Of a stretch of 64,000 nt of DNA, positions 13,730 to 27,411 are shown piece after piece. A program made the position numbers and the translations under genes. Source of the DNA: Lytechinus pictus (taxonomy: Eukaryota). The notes beneath the pieces are model-generated. The model had not been told where the DNA came from. It worked only from the letters and a program-made list of their open reading frames with translations, and ran no database searches. Numbering within the stretch: the stretch's first letter is position 1; the number at the start of each line of letters is the position of its first letter. The DNA lies in NCBI RefSeq assembly GCF_037042905.1, contig NC_087251.1:45076001-45140000 (forward strand), given 5' to 3'.

Positions 13730-14638
13730 TGAGGGCTAAAATCAACCCAAGGCCACCTAAAGCCATGGCCTCCGATGCCCTAAGAATGGCCTTGATGCCC
13801 TTCTAAATATGTGTGGATTGAAGGACAAAAATAAGTGCCCTTTTGCCCGGGGCCTTGGTGCCCTGCAGTTATCCAGTGCATGTGTCCCATCGAAAAGTAC
13901 ATTTTACTAGTGATATCCTATTTTAATGGCCTTGGATACCCCTTAAGACAGCACCACCTTCCCTTTCCCTCAAAGGGCAAGTCCACCCCAACAAAAAGTT
14001 GATTTGAATAAAAAGAGAAAAATCAAACAAGCATAACACTGAAAATTTCATCAAAATCGGATGTAAAATAAGAAAGTTATGACATTTTAAAATTTCACTT
14101 ATTTTTCACAAAACAGTTATATGCACATCCTGGTCTGTATGCAAATGAGGGGACTGATGATATCACTCACTCACTTCTTTTTGTATTTTATTATCTGAAA
14201 TATGGAATACTCTAATTTTCTCCTCATTGTCATGTCAAACAAAGTTTTATTTCTCCCTAAACATGTGGAAATCCCATTGTTTAAACACATCTTTGTGGTT
14301 CAGTCAAGTTGGTCTTTATTGTCAAATCTGTACAAATTGAAATATTGTATAATTCAAACAATAAAAAAACAAAAGAATGGTGAGTGAGGGACATCATCAA
14401 CTGTCTCATTTGCATGTCACTAAATTGTGCATATAACTGTTTTGTGAAAAATAAATGAAACTTTAAAATGTCATTACTTTCTTATTTCACATCCAATTTT
14501 GATGAAACTTTCAGTGTTGTGATTATTGAATTTTTCTCTTTTTATTCAAATGAACTCTATGTTTGGGTGGACTTGTCCTTTAAGTACTTGCCCTATGAAA
14601 AATTGGCCTTGCTCCTTTGAATTCTTAATTCAAACCCC
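13730..14638. mobile_element. Older GCCC/GGCC-rich element split by the family A MITE
   Basis: Repeated TGCCC and TGGCCT motifs on both sides of the 13974-14579 insertion, ending AATTCAAACCCC. Confidence 0.45.
13974..14579. mobile_element. Kolobok-type MITE, family A, copy 2
   Basis: Collinear with copy 1 in the same orientation; flanks TCAA/TTAA. Confidence 0.9.
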
Positions 14639-14762
14639 ACATGCTTATCTGTTGAGATACAGGTACATCTCATTGTCTGGAATTATTCAAAACCATGGAA
14701 CTATTATACTACTGTGATAGTAGGCCAGTGTTCAAACCAATGGTAGACAGGAGCAACATATA

Positions 14763-15261
14763 TGCTTTTCACACTGTACTTTTTTTCCTTTACCCGGGAA
14801 ATTGGTGGGGCTAAGGGGGGGCCTTAGCCCCACCAATTTCCCGGGGTTAAGCTTAGCCCACTTCGTTTTCACACTACGTTTTAGCAAAGTGGGCTAGCAC
14901 GGTAAATAGTACGGTACCATCTGGCCCTGCAAAAAAGCAGGGTTAGCCGGCTTATTGTGGTGCTAGCACCACAATTGCGGTGCTAAGAGATGCAGTGTGA
15001 AACGAAACCGGACTAAGGAAAAGTGGGGCTAAGCAATAGCCAATCACAGAAGTCGAAATTGCACGCTAATCACGCTCTGTATGGTAAAATCATCAATATT
15101 CATGAGCTGTGGGATAGTCCGGGGTTAAGGCGTTAACCCCGGCTAAGCAGATAGTATGGGGTTAAGAAAGACAGTGTGAATATAAAAAAAGATAGTATGG
15201 GGTTAAGGATAGTCCGGGGTTAAGGATAGTATGGGGTTAAGGAAATGCAATGTGAAAAGCA
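14763..15261. mobile_element. MITE with an internal perfect hairpin and 17-bp subterminal repeats
   Basis: TA|TGCTTTTCACA ... TGTGAAAAGCA|TA; 24-bp perfect stem at 14793-14845; five GATAGT(AT/CC)GGGGTTAAG units at 15113-15241. Confidence 0.85.
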
Positions 15262-15822
15262 TATGAATGTCTTTGCAGGGTAATATAGGTCATGTTCAAT
15301 AGTTTGCATTACAATGCACTGCACGGTGGACCTTGATCCATGATCATTTCATGTATGTATTAATGTAAACATTCGTCAATAATGGATGCATGTGATTAAA
15401 TGATCAAACTCTATTCTTACAGAGCACATTATCTCCCCTGGCAAAGTGCTATCATTATGTGGTTTATCAATCATGAAATAGCATTAAATATGATCTAAAG
15501 ATTAAAAAATCCATGCTATTTACTTCTTTAAAAATTAATGTGCAGAGAAATAACTTTCTTTTAAAAAGGACATTTACAGAGAAGGCAATGTTTCTTGACT
15601 TTCCATTGCCTGAGCATGGCTAGCCAGGGCACAAACTGCCACTTGGGGAGACATTAATCTGTACTTGTATTTAGCCACTCTGTACCCAGGTTTGAAATGG
15701 TATCTGGCTATGTTAGAGTTTAATTGCAGAGATAAAAAGGATGATTGGTGTCAAATATGTCATAATTATTATTCATTATCATGATTACCATTGACACAGA
15801 TCTTTAAGGAATGATCAATCTG

Positions 15823-15969
15823 GGATCCGTTTGATAAAGACTTGTTATCATAACAAATACACAATTTCTAATACAAATTTAGCATCAGCCAATTAAATTG
15901 AATGATTTCAGTAGCTTTAAACTGTTATTGCAAATGTGTTATTAAAACAAGTTTTATGAAACGAGGCCC
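15823..15969. mobile_element. 150-bp MITE, copy 2
   Basis: Same TIRs and internal sequence as 11585-11735. Confidence 0.75.
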
Positions 15970-16342
15970 TTGGTGTCTGGCTCCCACACTTACATCGAAT
16001 GTGTCAACAAATCTAAGAGCAATGGAGATTAATGTAAGAGTTTGGTCCAGGTTTGAATTATCATTTTTATTCTTATCTCTAAATTACAAAGTCTTTTAAT
16101 TAAATTTGCTTTGATGTGCAGAAGAGTTGGATTCAAAGTCCCTGTGAAGATTACAGGGTCACAGACTTCACCTTGTTATCTGTTTACAATCTCTCGTTAT
16201 CACCCTTTACAACTGTGTGCACTCTTCCATGCTTATGCACATTAATGAATCTGCTTCATACTTTGAAAAGTTCAATCAACTGTGTATTAACGTAGGTCTT
16301 CATTTCTTTGTGAATTATCGGATCACCATTTTTATATATATA

Positions 16343-16659
16343 CCTGGGCAGATCCAGGATTTTCCGGAGGATGGGGCTTTTTGTACAGGAAAATTTTGAC
16401 AACCCCCCCCCCAAAAAAAGTTCTTCAATGCCAAATCGAGATCATTTGTTCCAGGAACTATTTGACAAGCAAAAAAAAACGGAAAAATAATTTCTTCACT
16501 ACCAAATCAATGTCATTTTGTTCCATGAACAATTTGACCAAAAAAAGGGGTCAACACTGGCCTATGCATATTCCACTAAAAATACTTTTTGTGCATCTCA
16601 AAAGGGGGGCAAGGGCCGGATGTGCCACCCCCCCCCCCCCCCCCCCCGATTCGCCACTT
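16343..16659. mobile_element. CAG..GGATC-terminal MITE (degenerate)
   Basis: Termini CCTGGGCAGATCC / GATTCGCCACT with poly-C; right end nearly the same as 35971-36022. Confidence 0.65.
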
Positions 16660-19600
16660 ATATTAGTACCCCAAAAACAATGATACCTTTAAAACGCAAA
16701 TCTTCTAGAAAATTTCCTAACATGATTTTTTGGTTAGAAATAATATTTGAGGGTTTTCTATCAGCTTCCACTTATGAACTAATTATTCTCACAGCTCAAA
16801 AAAACTCAAAAATTTATGAAGGTCTCAGACTCTCAGAGATTTCAAAAAATACATGGATGACTATTTGTTTTCTTAATAAAGCATTATTTTTATCCTTCAT
16901 ATAAAAGCCCAATTTGCTGTTTTTCTGCATGTAATTGTGGAATAAAAACAAGGAATGACCATGATCAAATACAAGTTAAAAGAGCTTCTTTTTTTAACTC
17001 AAATAGATTGATATTTTCCCCTGATGTTTGAAAAGAAACTTCAATACAACAGTATTCTGTGCTATTGTATCCAAAAATCATTTGCTATATTCTTTTTAAG
17101 CAAGCCCATCTGGAATGGCCCTAACTGTAACATATCAATCCACCTGTAATAGGATTAAAAACAGTTATACCAAGGGATTAAAATGTTATCAGAATAGTAA
17201 CTGGATATGAAGGATTAGGATTAGAGTATTAGAGGTGTAAGATAAGGTAACTGAGAAGACAAAATTCCACTCAATGAATGTTTACTTAGTGTAGAGTCTT
17301 GTGTCACCATATTCTAAAGTTGATTGATTAAAGACAGTAGCAATAGCTTTACTTTGATAAATCTACAAGGGATTAATCACATTAATGAGAGATTAATGAA
17401 GAGATTAGCACACAGATGAGCATATATAGGGAAAACACAGGAAGCAATATCATAAGAGCAAATTATGCAGGCAAGCTCAAAAGTTAGTGGCATGCATGTG
17501 TTATAGGAATAAGTTATATGTACGAGGAGAGACTTAGGATGCTTGAAAGAAAAATATGATATTATACTTATGTACTTGTATATGGGTGCATTAATGTTTA
17601 GGTATATTATGTATGTGTATGTATATTGTATGCATTTATGTATCTCGTATCTAACATTTCATCCAAGATTGGTATTTTTCTTCTGTTTTTTTTTTCTTTT
17701 TCTTTGTATTTTTTTTTTTTTTATTTGGATACCTCGTTGTTACTATGTTATGTTTATGTTGTATTATTTTTTTTTCTTATGTTTCTTTGTTTTTTATGAT
17801 GATCCTTAAATGTCAGGATTTTATATCAATAAACTTTTGAATTGAATTTGAATTGAATTGAATTGAATTTGCATGTAGAAATGAGGTTTCAGGAACTATA
17901 GGAAAACCAGTTGTGACTGATTTTGCAAGAAATAAAACTGCAAGATTTTTTATATTATAACAATATAGATAATGGAGAGTGAGCAAGAAACTTACACTTT
18001 GTAATGCACAATTGAAGAAAACCATTATCCACCTTTATCATATTTCATGTAGATATGCACAAGTTAGTAAGCATCAAGAGGGGGTAAATATATTTTCTCT
18101 ATTTCAACCCATCCCCCCCCCCCCCCCCCATTCCAAGAATGTGGCAGAAACTGACACATTTATCTCAGACAAAACATTATACATAATCATCATTATAGAA
18201 GTTTTTCTTCAAAAATTTTCTCCAAAAAGAGGTAATACTGATCAAAATAATCAATTCTCATTTTGTTTATTTTCAGAAACAAAGCAAACAATATTGACTA
18301 CACCTCCAACCTTTTACTTTGTACATGAATGGTGTTTTTTCTGCAATTTGATAATGTACAATTTCTATTCAATGCATTTCATATTGAAGAAATATGATGT
18401 GCCAGGCAAGCATATATTTTTTTTAGATAAAAGGCACTCACATGAATGGAAATATGAAAACCACTAAGAATGCCACAGATCAACTTAGTAACGGAGAAAA
18501 GCAAACTTCTTACCACTAAGCTAACCAATAGAAACCACCAACCTCATGATCACAGTCCCTTATACTCTGATTCATGTTAGGTTTCTGCTCTGGACAGCAC
18601 CCTACCCGCTATACTTCAATATCAATCATCACACTTTCATTATAATACTAAATGCCCCCAAAACATAAATATAATGTGTGAAGACAATGTATTGAAACTT
18701 GATATGGAAGTTTACAATATCTGTCTCTTTATTTTTAAGTATATCCACAAAGCTTCACAAATCTAAATTGGGTTTTTCAGCTTGAATATAAAGACATCCC
18801 ATTCTTATATTCAAATTGAACAAGAAAACGTCATCATTTTTCGAAAAATAACGACCTGCAATTTTAAAGCTTAAAGTCTCTTTAATACTATCAAATGAAA
18901 GTCATTATCATACAATGATTTTTGCAGGTATCAATATTTCTGTGTCAATAGCTACAGGACACTCTTCATACTCTGAAACTGTGGGGGAAATGAAGTAGTT
19001 TGTATTCCTGGTGGTTTTAAAAAAAAGACATTAAAAGATATCATTGAATTACACGGAAGGAAAATGCTGTGTGTAGTTACAATTGCTAACACCAAAATGT
19101 TCATAATTTAAATGAGATTATTCTCTCCATTTTCAAACCATAGAACTGTGCATGAATATCCATCAGGACTTTAAAGGATAATCTTCCATCATATATTGAT
19201 TTAGATATAGATTATCATTCAAAATCATTACAACATAAACATTATCATTGGATATTATAAGCAACAAACGAATGCAGAGGACAGAGGGGGGAAATGAAAA
19301 TTGAGTTACATATCCAGCCCTAAAGTGGGCAAATAACGGTAGACTGTTTTTCTCCACGGTGAAATCTAAGCTTACCCTTGTTGAATAGAGACCCACGCTG
19401 ACTTTTCACGCCCCGCCTCAAGCCCAACAATCGGTCCCTCCACCCTTTTATCATCTCTCCCAAGCCTGCTCTTTTTTCATGACATTTGATACTACCAAAG
19501 GAGCATTCCATCAAAGAATATGAAAACTCCTCCTGCTTGTTTATTAATGAATGGACTTCAAATCACAAACTGACACATCTCTCTTAAATCGTGGATTTGG

Positions 19601-19851
19601 GTGCTTTGTTTTCAGGTTCATCAATTCACATGCCACTTCATTTTACCCCCCCCCCTTTTTTTTAACATATCACTTCTCAAAAAGAATCTGAAATCCAATT
19701 ATGATATAAATATCACATTAAATTTGATGTTCAATATATATCCCATTAGCAAGAGGAATATTTGAAATATTAAAATATTCACCGCAAACCAAAACTAATA
19801 TAGAGCAGTAGATAATGAAAATACTGTACAATTACCATGCTGTGTCTCTAA

Positions 19852-20017
19852 TGGGGCGTTGCAATAAACTTACGCTCAATTGCCAATCGAGCGCAAGTCC
19901 CCAAATTAAGCATATTGGTGAATTGAAAGAAAGTTTAGATGCAACTGAAAGCAAAAAATTAACTACAAATGATTTGCACTTGATTTTGTTTTAGATTAAG
20001 TTTCTTGCGGCATCCCA
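19852..20017. mobile_element. Short degenerate MITE
   Basis: GGGGCGTTGCAATAAACTTA ... TAAGTTTCTTGCGGCATCCC imperfect TIRs. Confidence 0.55.
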
Positions 20018-20679
20018 ACAGACAATGCTCAATTCAATAAATAGGTTCCCAAGAATTAGCTTTATAGAAAGGAAGCTTAATAGTAAGTGAAGTATTTAAT
20101 TCATGGTGAGAAATATTAAACAAAGTTTAAAAATATTCAATCAAAGCTTCACAATGACAATATATCTTTTCAAATATTGAAATTACTTAATGTAATTGAG
20201 TTTTATTTTTAAAATATATATTGCATTCTATTACCACTATTGATACAATTAAGTTTTCCTACATTTTAACTTTGATATTGCTAGTGGTAATAGTAGAATG
20301 CAATATAGCAATATATATTTTAAGAATAAAACTATCTTTGCATTGCATAAAGAATATTCATTCAATGCTTTGTATGAATTCTATCAATGTATTGATTGTA
20401 ATGCTTTGGAATATTTTGGATAATTAAAAGAAACTGTAGAAGAGGACTTGAGAATTTGCATCAACAAGTCATTTAGTTTTAAAAAAGGGTCAATTCATCA
20501 AGTAAAGATTCTTTTATGTTGAACCGTTTATTTTTTTATCTTGAAAAAAGAGTATGAATATCAGATACTTACTTTTTTCTTCATTTAAAGACCTAACCTA
20601 AATCATCTCTTATTTTATTAATCATTTTCAACAGTTCCATTTTTATATACAAAACTAATAAAAGTTTTATGCATTTTGA

Positions 20680-20902
20680 GGGGGCAGCATGGGCTATGGG
20701 GCAAAATTTCTAATAGATTGCAAGCAAGCAAGCAGAAATTTTGACCTTTTTAATACAAAATCAAATTTAGTGACAAATTTTTACATAATATTCAGAAAAT
20801 GGTATATTTTACCTCTTTTTCTTTCATTTTTCTTGGTCATGAATAGTTACAGGGAGGGGTCCATGTCCCTCCCCCCCCACCCTCCCAGTCTGTAGACCGA
20901 TG
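20680..20902. mobile_element. Degenerate copy of the same hAT-type MITE
   Basis: TTTTCTTGGTCATGAA...polyC...TCTGTAGACCGATG matches the end of 38804-39068. Confidence 0.55.
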
Positions 20903-21225
20903 ATCCTTAGACAAAACCTGAAGCAAATCATGCATCTCTTCCTTTAACGATGTTGGGATGAGTCACATGTGATTTTGTGATATAAAGACGCAGTATCAGG
21001 AGACATTCCAGCTAATGTAGCATTAACATGATAATTCCTTTCAACAGACATTACCTTCCCTCCTGAAATCACTTGGAACCTCAAGAACTCTTCTCATGCC
21101 ATCCAACTCAGAAGCACATGGATATGAGCCATCGGGAATCTTAAAGACTCATGAGTAGGCCTATCCAGGAATCATAAGTATGATTATGACTATATAATGC
21201 TGATGAGAAGATCATCACTGCTTAA

Positions 21226-21829
21226 AGGGATGGTCCAGACTGGAGACATTTATATCTCAATAAATACAGTAAAATTCACACAGCAAAATGCTGAAAATTT
21301 GATCAAAATCGGATAACAAATAACAAAGTTATTGAATTTTAGAGATTTGCATTATTACGGTGAAACAGTTCTAGGCATGTCTTCATGAATATTCATTAGG
21401 GGGTTGGTGATGTCATATCCCCACTTGTTCTTTTGTATTTTATTATATGAAATTAGGTTTATTCAAAAATTTTCTACCAAGAACTAAAACAATTCGATTG
21501 ACAACTGATTAAGTACATTAGTTATTTATTGCCACGACTTATTTCATCATAATGGAGACACATCATTTACACATGTATGGAAAAATGAAACATTTAGGAT
21601 TTCATGTAATAAAATAAGAAAAAGGAAAGTGGGAATGTGACATCATCAGCCCACCTCATGAATATTCATGATGATGTGCATATAACTATTTTCACAAAAA
21701 AATTGATAAACTTTTAAATTCAATAACTTTGTTATTTGTTATCCAATCTTGATGAAATTTTCAGCATTTTGCTCTTTGAATTTTACTCTATTTATTTGGA
21801 TATAAATATTTTCAGCCCAGACCATCCCT
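21226..21829. mobile_element. Kolobok-type MITE, family B
   Basis: TTAA|AGGGATGGTC...GACCATCCCT|TTAA with long TIRs; shares GAAAATTT(C/G)ATCAAAATCGGAT and TTCTTTTGTATTTTATTATATGAAAT with family A. Confidence 0.9.
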
Positions 21830-22244
21830 TTAAGAGAATGGCTTGAATAGTATGTCTATCACTTATATTTTTGTGGAGCTTCTTTCTAAGCTCACAAGCC
21901 AAACTTTGCTACACTATAATACAATTTGGATAGGACCCTATGAGAATTTCACAGGCTCCATGTCAACTTTCCAGGGCTTTGTGGGCATTCTTTTTTTTGG
22001 GGGGGGATGCAGATTCACCCAAGCCCCTGTTTGACCCCCAAAAATGTTTGGAAATTGTGGACTAGCACCTGAAGAAATGATATATGAAATACTCACACAC
22101 CTGACCTACCCCGCCCCCCCCCCCCCCTAAAAAAAATCTATAGAGCGATTAATTGATACAGCTACTGAGCAGTAAAATAATTTATTTATGTTTGTTTGCT
22201 TAGAAATTCATTACAAAAACGAATGAAAATATATATATATATAT

Positions 22245-22757
22245 AAATAAGTTAACAAAACATAGGAAGCACCAGATTGTTTGTTTGGGGTAATATTTAA
22301 CAGTTTAATAAAATATATATATATATGGATAAATTACAATTTTAACAAGCTTCATCCACGAAAGGATTTCTGTATGAATTAGAAAAAATAGCTAAGAATA
22401 GACCCTATTTTTCAATTTCATAGGAAGCACCAGATTGTTTGTTTGGGGTAATATTTAACAGTTTAATAAAATATATATATATATGGATAAATTACAATTT
22501 TAACAAGCTTCATCCACGAAAGGATTTCTGTATGAATTAGAAAAAATAGCTAAGAATAGACCCTCTTTTTCAATTTGATTTAAATGTTAAAAAAACGATT
22601 TCATATACCAAATGTTGATTGAATTTGATATTAAAACAAAATTTCAGTAATTAAAAAAATTTCAAAAGATAGAATCAATCACCAGACTGCAAAATAAGTT
22701 AACAAAACATAGGAAGCACCAGATTGTTTGTTTGGGGTAATATTTAACAGTTTAATA
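22245..22757 (+). repeat. Near-perfect 158-bp tandem duplication plus a third partial copy
   Basis: Units start at 22261 and 22419 (one mismatch seen); partial copy at 22692-22757. Confidence 0.95.
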
Positions 22758-25309
22758 TATTTAAAAATATTTAAAAGTTTAACACTTTCAGGCAATCTAT
22801 GACTGCAATTTGATTACAACAATATAAACAAATTAATAATGTTCCCTTTTTATTCATTTATGTTCGAACATGCAATTTAAAAGAAAAGTAAGTAATAAAA
22901 TATGTATTTATTTATCGTGCAAAAAATATTTCTATGCATTCTATTTCACTGTGAGAGCTCCCTACATGTAGATGATGTGCTTACTACTGGAATAAATACG
23001 TTTTTAAGTTTAGTTTGAAATAAGGTAGAGTTGTTTAATTCCTAACATTGAGACACTGATATTCTAGGTATGTTAGTTGGGTTAATTAAATCTGATTTGC
23101 TTGTAATGTTGCAGTTCATTTGGGTTGTGGATTCAGGGGTGTATTCAACAGAACATGGAGTGAAAAGAATCTGATCAATTGAAAGTGATTTTCCAAATAA
23201 AGAGAGTCCACAGTATAATAAATAGATTGCATTTCAAGGAGGTGCTATGCATCTTAGGACAGCGGATCTCGCGGCACTTTGCAAGAACAAGAAGCTGACA
23301 TTTTGAACCGTCAATTAAATTCTCTTACTGATTACACAGGCAGGAAACTCAACTCTCCATCAGCCTTTCCCTAATACTCTTTGGAGAGAGGGTCAATAGC
23401 GGAGAGTTGTTGCCATCGAGCAAATTACTCTCTCGGCCGGCCGGGCCGAAACACTAGAATAACTACTTTATCCTGCCGATTGGAATGTCAGACTGATGGG
23501 ATATAAGGTTCACTAATCCAGCCCTCTGCACCCCTACGGCTGGCTGATACGGGGCTGAGCCGAGGGTTGAGTTTCCATCATGATGTCATGTACACACAAC
23601 GTTCACCACTATCCGTCCATGTGCAATATACCGTGCTTCTACGCGTGAAACTGTGTCCTGTATGTCCAGAGTGGCACAATCGTCAAGAGCACAGCTTTTT
23701 AATGGTTAACAACGTGATATAATCACATTGCATTTGAATCAATACTACCATCTGAATATACTTCAATATCAATGAAATATTTAGGCAAGGTTCAATATCC
23801 TTACAAATTAGTTATTTTTTAAATCGCAATTCAAGTGGCAGACACTTGCACATTTAGGATAAGTGTCATATTCTCACAATGCATTTTTATCGTAATTCAA
23901 ATTACAGACATTTTGCAAATTCAATGAATGGAGATTGCTACAGACATAGCCTAATCCATCTTGTCTTCCATTTCCACTTAAAAATTGTGGGATATACTTA
24001 TCGTGGCATTTCTTTAAAAAAATCTAAGATTTCATCAGTCTCTGTATTTTTTTTCACAATGTCATTACAGCCTGACTTTAGCTTTGGCATAGAATTCCCC
24101 CAAATGTGTCAATTATTATTCCAATAACACGAATGGGTATGCCCTAAAGCAAGTATAATGTGGAGAGGATATGAAATAAAATTGGGTTGTAAAACATTAT
24201 GCAATGCAGTATTAAGCCAACCACTTACGAAGTCAGGGATTTCAAGGGTTTTATAAGCAAAAACACAGTACATGTAGCTGTAAAACATGAAATAATTCAA
24301 ATCCAACACAAACGAGACAATATATTTAATAAAGATATATCTCATTGATTCACTCATTCAGTCATTGAACAAATAGTACTGTATAATCTAAAACCTAAAA
24401 ATAAAAGAAATGATCTGGTGGATAAACGCAAAATCATTTGATGAATTCAGCTTCAAAGTGGTTATCACATAGGGGGGGGGGTGTTCCAAATAAGGATTGC
24501 AATTTATTTCAATAGATTTGACTATTAGTCGGGTGCATTGCTATGTCACTGTATAACTTAGAAAACATGCTAATGTTGCACTTTTGAACATTAATTTTGT
24601 CCAAGTAAATTCAACAATTCAAAAATAACTAGCTTCCTCATGTACATCCATACTGGGGAATCTAATTAATAGATAATACCTAGGCAGCATCTGTACATTA
24701 CTGTTCACGATCAATGGTGCAATATGGAAATCTGAATTCAAGGAAAATATCACACAAGCAATTATTATTGATATATCTCCCAAGAATTAATTCAGCATTC
24801 AAATATCCCTCAGAAGTTACCATAAAACATAACCCAACACACCAAGTAGGTTATAAACAGAAGAATTTCATGTGTACATAAAATGTCACTGTAGTCTCAC
24901 ATGAAAAAAAAATCTGTCTGGGTCTTTGTGTGGGTGTGTACAATAAAACCTTTACAAAGTCAACCTGTTCTACTCTACCCCTCTATTTGCAAAGCCGTTC
25001 TTGAAATATGAATAGCAGTGTGCTAAGTTTCATCCATGTCTACAGCTGACTCCGGTTTCTATTGTTGTTTTGAATATCATTTCATACATCTAGGTTGTTG
25101 ACTACCAAACAAAAGATGCACCCAAAAACATTCGCACAACTGTCTGAGCACATTCATGCTACCGACGGAACGAAGTGATGTTGTACTTCGTGTCTGATCC
25201 AGGCAGGGCAAAACACAAAATAAAGACCAACATTGCAATATTCAGACTAACTACAAATATGTGTGCCTCCCACAAAAAAACAACTTGACTGAATAAATGA
25301 TAAAACATC

Positions 25310-25463
25310 GGGGCCCTGTTGTAAAAAAGTCACCATAATTGCTATCCAACGGTTAATATGTTAATAATGCTCAAATGCAAATCAAAGATTTCTTGAAAAG
25401 TTTCCATACGACATGATATTGGAATCAGTTATCACATATTGGTAAATTTATGCAATAGGGCCC
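25310..25463. mobile_element. Short degenerate GGGCCC-terminal MITE
   Basis: GGGCCCTGTTGTAAAAA ... TTTATGCAATAGGGCCC. Confidence 0.5.
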
Positions 25464-25879
25464 TGGTGAACTCTTTCAATTAAAAAAAAAAATCTTCTCA
25501 AACTTGCAGTCTTGTCATTTCTTGCTTTCTAACATGCATTGCATGTGAGTTTTTGTGGGGTTTTCTGGAGAAGGGTGGTTTTTTAATCAGATCATGTTAG
25601 CACCCCACCCTATTGAATATTTTGTACTTTCTGATTAAGCATGAAAAATAAAAGACAAACTCTATGTGGGGCTCTAATCTAAATGTTTACAGTTTGACAT
25701 CAATATAACAATCTGATATGAAAACCAAACCACACAAATATGTTCATAAAGCAAGTATAACCTTTTTCAGTGATTACTTACTTGACCTTTTTTTAATATG
25801 TTTATTCTATACTTTGAACCTTATAATTCAATGATTTTTTTTTACTCCATGTTTATCACAATTAAATCATTAAATTTAA

Positions 25880-26135
25880 CATATTCAATTTCTTGGAAAT
25901 TAATCATTTTGGGGGAGTAAAAATGAAAATGTTATACAGATTGTAGTATTCCATGTGCATGATGTGGTAATCAAGCTTTTGAATATATACAATTTATCAT
26001 GAGTGACTAGGGAAATTTTATATTACTTTCAAACTTAAAAAAGTTGAATGAAATTTTAATTACAAAATTGTAATTACAAAAATAGCTTTGAAGAATTTGC
26101 AGAGTTCATTTAGACAATAGATGGAAGGGATGCTG
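25880..26135 (+). mobile_element. Possible highly decayed L1/Tx1 C-terminal remnant
   Basis: Short translated patches (LIILGS, GKFYITFKLKKV, KIALKN) in the expected order; many disruptions. Confidence 0.3.
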
Positions 26136-27411
26136 TTATTATATTTGATACAGAAGATATTCGAGAGTCACAACTGCAGAATAAGTTTTGAAAAGTTATC
26201 TCACATTAACCATCTAGGCAATACTAGAATGCTGGTAGACAACCAAGCCCCTGTATTCTATATATTTAATAAATAATCAATACACAAATGAATGGTTGAC
26301 CAATTTATAAAACTGATATTAAAACTATTTTGAAAAATTGAATACACTCTCAAACAAACTGAATCAATTCAATTAGTTGCAATACTTCCAATTTAAATAT
26401 TTTCAAGGGGTAGACTAATTATCTATTTTTTACTCTATGGGTATATCTTAAATTATCATCCTGAAAAAATGACTTTGACAATTTCCATCCATATCATTGA
26501 ATAATTCTAATACAGTAATAAAAATCTAGATTTGGTCTAAAAAATGTAAGAAATCACAGCTGCTCCCTGGTTTTGACAAACAAACAGACACTAAAATTTT
26601 AGGTAAATATCAATTCCACACTTCAGGGACATTTCAAAGAATTTCAATTTGACTTAAGTGCAAAATATAATTTATCCATTATTGTTCCCCATATCTTACA
26701 AAACATTTGTAATTTCATATCAACGTTGTATGTTTGGAAGTTTGTTTGTTTGTTTTTATGTCTATATAGTTCGCACTTTGCTTCTCCTTTTTAGTTTTCT
26801 TTTAGTTCTTTTTCTCATGTTGTTTTAGTTATATATTTCTAAGTTCTATACATATTTCAGATGTAAATAACTATACTATTCAATAATTTGGTGGGGATGG
26901 TACGGTTCATGAACAAATTAGAATGACTTCATTGAACTAAAATGAACTAGATTGAACATTTCAAGCCTGTGAAACAAATACAAATACATTGGCAAACAAT
27001 CGTAAGTGATGACAGGAAAACATACAGGAAGACCACAGAGCATCCAGTATTCGGGGCTTCCCGGGTCAAATAATCACTTTGATGATCTTATTCACATCAG
27101 AAAGACAAAAATCAAAACAACTAAGTGACATCTATACAGGGTCAACACGGATGCCCTGCTTCTTGTTGTACATTGCATAAACATGTGCAAAGGAAACAAA
27201 CATTGAACTACACCAGCCATCTAATTTTTTTTTTTTTTACATTCATGATACCATCAATTATTATATTAATTCAAATACTGAAATGTCAGTGATTGGGCAA
27301 CATAATGTGAAACAAGTATTTATGTTTTGACTTCATAGCAATGTAAATTATAAAGGCAGGAATAACTGAATCAACTCAAAAGTTGTTATGTCAGTGCATG
27401 TGTAATCCTTT

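Noticed and set aside
15113..15241. Telomere-like GGGGTTAA repeats
   Set aside because: They are 17-bp subterminal repeats of a MITE, not TTAGGG arrays.
15640..15712. Possible SINE core (GCCACTCTGTACCCAGG..AAATGG)
   Set aside because: Too short and degenerate; no A/B boxes or tail could be identified.
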